Below, piece after piece: positions 60,271 through 64,000 of a stretch of 64,000 nucleotides of DNA (positions are counted from its first letter, which is position 1; each line of letters opens with the position of its first letter). Position numbers and translations under genes: made by a program. Below the pieces are notes generated by a model. It was not told the DNA's origin. It worked only from the letters and a program-made list of their open reading frames with translations, and ran no database searches. The DNA lies in contig CAVTRN010000002.1 of the NCBI GenBank assembly GCA_963737155.1, positions 1,152,001 through 1,216,000 of the forward strand, in the 5' to 3' direction. This DNA is from Nitrospirota bacterium (lineage in GTDB: Bacteria; Nitrospirota; UBA9217).

Positions 60271-60949
60271 CGGGGGGAAAGTCGGACCGGGGAAGTGAGC
60301 TAATGAAGATCGTCTAGTAAAGAACACTCATCATTAATTCTATTGTTCCTCAATAGAATCTGTGGTTGAAAAGTAGGCATTTTAGGAAAAATCCCGCATT
60401 CCAACATAGCTATTATGCTGATTGAGCGTTGCCTTGACAGTGCATTAACCATTGCAGTATTCATTACTGTTTGCAATGTAGATTAATTCTGACTGTGACA
60501 TTTGTTGGCCTATTCTACCGTGATAAAATATGCAAAGCATCCATAAATACAGAATAAACACAGATTCGATGAAATAAATATTGGTGTACTCACCGGAGGA
60601 GGCATTACTATTACTTGGCTGAACTTCAGTATTAGTGACAACGGGCAAAATAGCGGATGGGCTTCTCCAGTCATATTCTTACGCTGTGTAACAACAGAAG
60701 GTAGTTGTCTTTGGCATCGAGTTTATTTAGTTGCCTAACTAGTGTACATAATGCATTGCCATCAGCATATTGGAAAAATGATTCGTTTGCTCAGGACGAT
60801 CCGATGCCTTAAGTATGGGAATAACTCATTCTGAGCGCGTGTAAAAGGTGAAGTAGGGGGAGCTGCAGAACGCAGTTGATGGAAAACGCAAAAAGCGTTA
60901 CAATGCCTTCGTGGTTGATATTGCCGTAGGCTCTAAAGTGGAGGTAACA

Positions 60950-61498
60950 ATGCCGAGAGTGGCAGTTATTCTCGCCGATGGTTTCGAGGAAGTAGAAGCA
61001 GTAGCTATCATTGATGTACTGCGTCGAGCCGAGATAGATACGGTAATAGCAGGCCTGCATGATGGCAATGTTACGAGCGCGCGTAAGGTGAGGGTCATTC
61101 CGGACACGGTGATCGACACGGTGCTGGCCGACGATTTCGATATGATCATTTTGCCGGGCGGTCAACCGGGTTCGGACAATCTGAATACGGACACACGGGT
61201 GAAGGAACTGGTCAGGCAGTTCTCACTGAAGGGCAAAGTCACAGCCGCAATATGCGCGGCACCCTATGTGCTGGCAAACGCGGGTGTGCTTGCGGGAAAG
61301 CATGTAACTTCCTACCCTACGTATAAGGACCGCCTTGGTGGCGGTATCTATGAGGATACTCCCGTGGTCATTGACGGGAATGTATTGACCAGCAGGGGCG
61401 CGGGCACAGCGCTCGCATTCGGGATAGCAATCGTCGAAAAACTAGTCGGCCTTGAAAAGGCAATGAGGATTAAGGATGACATGCTGATTGCCCCGTGA
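60950..61498 (+). CDS. DJ-1/ThiJ/PfpI-family protein (YajL-like)
   Basis: GFEEVEA, DVLRRA, LPGG.PG, AAICAAP, TSRGAGT. Confidence 0.93.
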   Translation: MPRVAVILADGFEEVEAVAIIDVLRRAEIDTVIAGLHDGNVTSARKVRVIPDTVIDTVLADDFDMIILPGGQPGSDNLNTDTRVKELVRQFSLKGKVTAAICAAPYVLANAGVLAGKHVTSYPTYKDRLGGGIYEDTPVVIDGNVLTSRGAGTALAFGIAIVEKLVGLEKAMRIKDDMLIAP

Positions 61499-61505
61499 TT
61501 GCTGT

Positions 61506-62189
61506 TTACTGCGTGGCCCCTTCCAGATGTAATCCTGTTTCGAAAGAATTGTTTCCGAGCGGTTTGGTCCAGCGCACGGACGCAGGGCGTGAGGGATGTG
61601 TTTTATCGGAATGAATTATGGTGACGGTCTGATGTAACCATAAGGGCGTAGAGACTTTTAAGCCGAGACCGGAAGGGCTGCAATTCATGGCAACACCGGT
61701 TTCGATGTCGGAGGTTGGGGCCGTTTGGAATGAAATCTTGAGATTGCAGGGTTGACGTTTTTCATTTCTGGCGAGACCCAGAGGTTTCGAAAGGTCCATG
61801 CGCTGTTCGCACTGGTCAAACCACATCGCAAGCCGAGAAAAGTTGATGGGCTTCTCGAAAATCGTATAGCCCAGTTGCTTCAGGTTGGACCGGTTGAGTC
61901 CGTCGAAAGAGCCGATAATGAGCGCTATATTCATCGGTGTGAATTTGCAGTGTTGCGCTGTTAGCATTTTGATCAGTTCGGTGCCGGCCATTTTGGTTAT
62001 GCTGAAGTCAATGAGCATGATGTCGGCACAAGGATATTTAATGTTGCACTCTGCATTGTCCATGTACACCGGGCAAATTAAAGGTTCTCGGTATGCAAAG
62101 AAGTCATAACCGCGCAGACCGAGAAACATTTTTAGAAGACCCGTAATGACTACATCGTCTCCAAAAATAATAGCTCGTTTTCTTCTCAT
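61506..62189 (-). CDS. Receiver-like domain plus PilZ domain protein
   Basis: DD...ADIMLID...KP receiver pattern; RNEKR and NCSPSG PilZ motifs. Confidence 0.75.
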   Translation of the reverse strand: MRRKRAIIFGDDVVITGLLKMFLGLRGYDFFAYREPLICPVYMDNAECNIKYPCADIMLIDFSITKMAGTELIKMLTAQHCKFTPMNIALIIGSFDGLNRSNLKQLGYTIFEKPINFSRLAMWFDQCEQRMDLSKPLGLARNEKRQPCNLKISFQTAPTSDIETGVAMNCSPSGLGLKVSTPLWLHQTVTIIHSDKTHPSRPASVRWTKPLGNNSFETGLHLEGATQ

Positions 62190-62419
62190 AATTCACTCCC
62201 GCGCCAGGACGAAAACCCGGTTCACTATGTCTGGTGCGAAATGGTAATTATTTTTCAAGTATTTACCCTATAGGGATTCCAAATGTTTGAACGAATATAA
62301 GTCACGGCTAAATTAAGTATAGATATCGGCTTTTGGCCTGTCAAGGCAATGCCGTTTATTACTTATCTCGATCTAATAGCCCGTAATCTACATAATACTG
62401 GGCACGGAAAATACTTTCT

Positions 62420-63508
62420 ATGATTATAGCTCGAAGGGTTGCTCTGTTCTTATTATCTGTAAATGCTTTTGTCCTTCTCGGTTGTGCGCATTTTACCGTG
62501 CCGCCTCCCGAAGCGCATGTTAAACCGGTTGCGGAGTTTGTTGTTGAGGACTCCACAATTAACGTGCCAGTCAGTCTGTCACTGAATTCTCTTCCAAATA
62601 TTATCAGCGGAATACTTCCGCCGAGCAAGGAAAGTGATGACAATAAAAGTGAAAACACTTCGATTAGCGGGATTCGGAGATTTCTGAACAGGCAAATTGC
62701 GAAAATTGACGACAGGGTTGCGAACAGCAATTTTATACAGGAGCGGGCATCTGAAACCTGGGACGCACTGCAAAATCCGATTCCGCTTACCGACAATCTA
62801 GAGCTTTTGCTGAACCCTCAATCGGTGCATGTTTCTTCCCCCTCCGTGCAAGGTAAGCAGGGAGATACACTTGCCGTAGTCATCGGTCTTGTTGCCAGAC
62901 CGAAAATTATTGCCAACAATATGCCGCACCCACCAACTCGGCCAGTTCCTCATTTATCCACTGCTCCGTCAGGGAACGGTTTTCACATTGAATTGGAGAG
63001 CGATCTTTCCTATGATATTGTAAGCAGCGAACTTGCTAAAAGACTGGAGGGCCGGGTCTTTACCAAAGACGGCAGCAGAATAAGAATTGGAAGTGTAAAG
63101 GTCTATGGCTCTGGTGAATCGGCTGTCTTGCAAGTAAGAATCACTGGAACCATGAACGGTACAATTTATCTGAAAGGCACGCCGGCGTATGATGAGCTGT
63201 CCAGGCGCTTGTACATCCGGGACCTGGATTACACGATGGAGACAAGACAGGTTCTCGTTAAGGCTGGCGATTGGATGTTTCATACCCGACTTCGAGAGAG
63301 CCTGGAAAATGAAGCAAAATGGTCGATCGGTGAAAGACTAGACGGGCTCAGCGGCCTTCTTACAAAAGCGATGAATCGCAAGTTGACTCAACATGTTGCA
63401 ATCAGCGGTACAATTTGTTCTATCCGACCCGTTGCCGTCGGCTTAACCGATACCGCCCTAAAGGCCGTTCTTGTTCTTGATGGGACCGCGGAGTTGAACG
63501 TATTTTAA
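62420..63508 (+). CDS. DUF4403-like lipoprotein
   Basis: LLGC lipobox; W..LQ.PI.L, L.LNP, G.IYL.G.P.YD, DLDY patterns. Confidence 0.72.
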   Translation: MIIARRVALFLLSVNAFVLLGCAHFTVPPPEAHVKPVAEFVVEDSTINVPVSLSLNSLPNIISGILPPSKESDDNKSENTSISGIRRFLNRQIAKIDDRVANSNFIQERASETWDALQNPIPLTDNLELLLNPQSVHVSSPSVQGKQGDTLAVVIGLVARPKIIANNMPHPPTRPVPHLSTAPSGNGFHIELESDLSYDIVSSELAKRLEGRVFTKDGSRIRIGSVKVYGSGESAVLQVRITGTMNGTIYLKGTPAYDELSRRLYIRDLDYTMETRQVLVKAGDWMFHTRLRESLENEAKWSIGERLDGLSGLLTKAMNRKLTQHVAISGTICSIRPVAVGLTDTALKAVLVLDGTAELNVF

Positions 63509-63790
63509 CCGGATGGAACGCGAAACCCCTTGGGGATTGAGTGGAATGTTGAGATCTTGACTGTAATTATACAAGTTTCCGAAGTCGGATGCCGTTGATG
63601 GCTCCTGTGCTGCAGGTCATTTGGCCCTATATTGCCCCGGGAGAAAGGAGCTGGTCCACACGAACCGGCGCTGTAAAGACAAAGTAATAAACAGATGACT
63701 TGTCATCTCCCTCTGTGCCATTACCCCTCCTGCGACATCTGCTACAATTAAGACAGGTTGGCTTACAAAACAAGCGTGAGCAAGAAGTCT

Positions 63791-64000
63791 ATGCGAACAG
63801 CGGTAATTTCGGATATTCATTCAAATCTCGAAGCACTGACCGCAGTGTTCGATCGGATCAGGACGCTGCGGGTGGATGAGACGGTCTGTCTGGGAGACAT
63901 TGTAGGGTATAATGCCAATCCGAACGAGTGTATCGACATCCTGCGCAACAATAATGTCCTGTGCGTGCTCGGCAACCACGATGCCGCAGCATCAGGACTG
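63791..64000 (+). CDS. Metallophosphoesterase (truncated by the window edge)
   Basis: MRTAVISDIHSN...CLGDIVGY...LGNHD. Confidence 0.9.
   Translation, partial: MRTAVISDIHSNLEALTAVFDRIRTLRVDETVCLGDIVGYNANPNECIDILRNNNVLCVLGNHDAAASGL

Noticed and set aside
1-64000. CRISPR array or cas genes accompanying the Cas12f-sized TnpB-like ORFs
   Set aside because: No regularly spaced direct repeats or cas1/cas2 seen; the context is IS607/IS605 ends.

Overview
Bacterial chromosomal window. The gene content (split glutamate synthase, paired moeA, dnaJ-hspR-clpB, three-gene pntAB, small c-type cytochrome, bacteriohemerythrin) suggests an anaerobic or microaerophilic Nitrospirota/Desulfobacterota-like organism; this is an inference. 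The housekeeping backbone is pntAA-pntAB-pntB, lhr, xseB-ispA-dxs-tlyA, small accessory gene-dinB plus lexA, dnaJ-hspR-clpB, a GGDEF cyclase, trxB-like, moeA1/moeA2, tolQRAB, yyaL, gltB1-B2-B3/D, ilvA and yajL. It is heavily colonised by mobile DNA. (i) Four related IS607-family elements in different stages of decay; three share a ~340-nt structured 3' RNA (omegaRNA-like), two carry a large Zn-finger-less TnpB-like ORF with a non-canonical RuvC-III, and all four have an RGGG|T left junction. (ii) A tnpB-only IS1341-type element whose ends predict a TTGAA target/TAM. (iii) Two identical 144-bp IS200/IS605 MITEs, one splitting the first codons of lhr. (iv) An intact DDE IS nested in a MITE of (v) an ISAs1-like two-ORF IS whose catalytic Glu codon is a stop. 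No CRISPR array, rRNA or tRNA was seen. All calls come from reading the sequence; no database searches were run.
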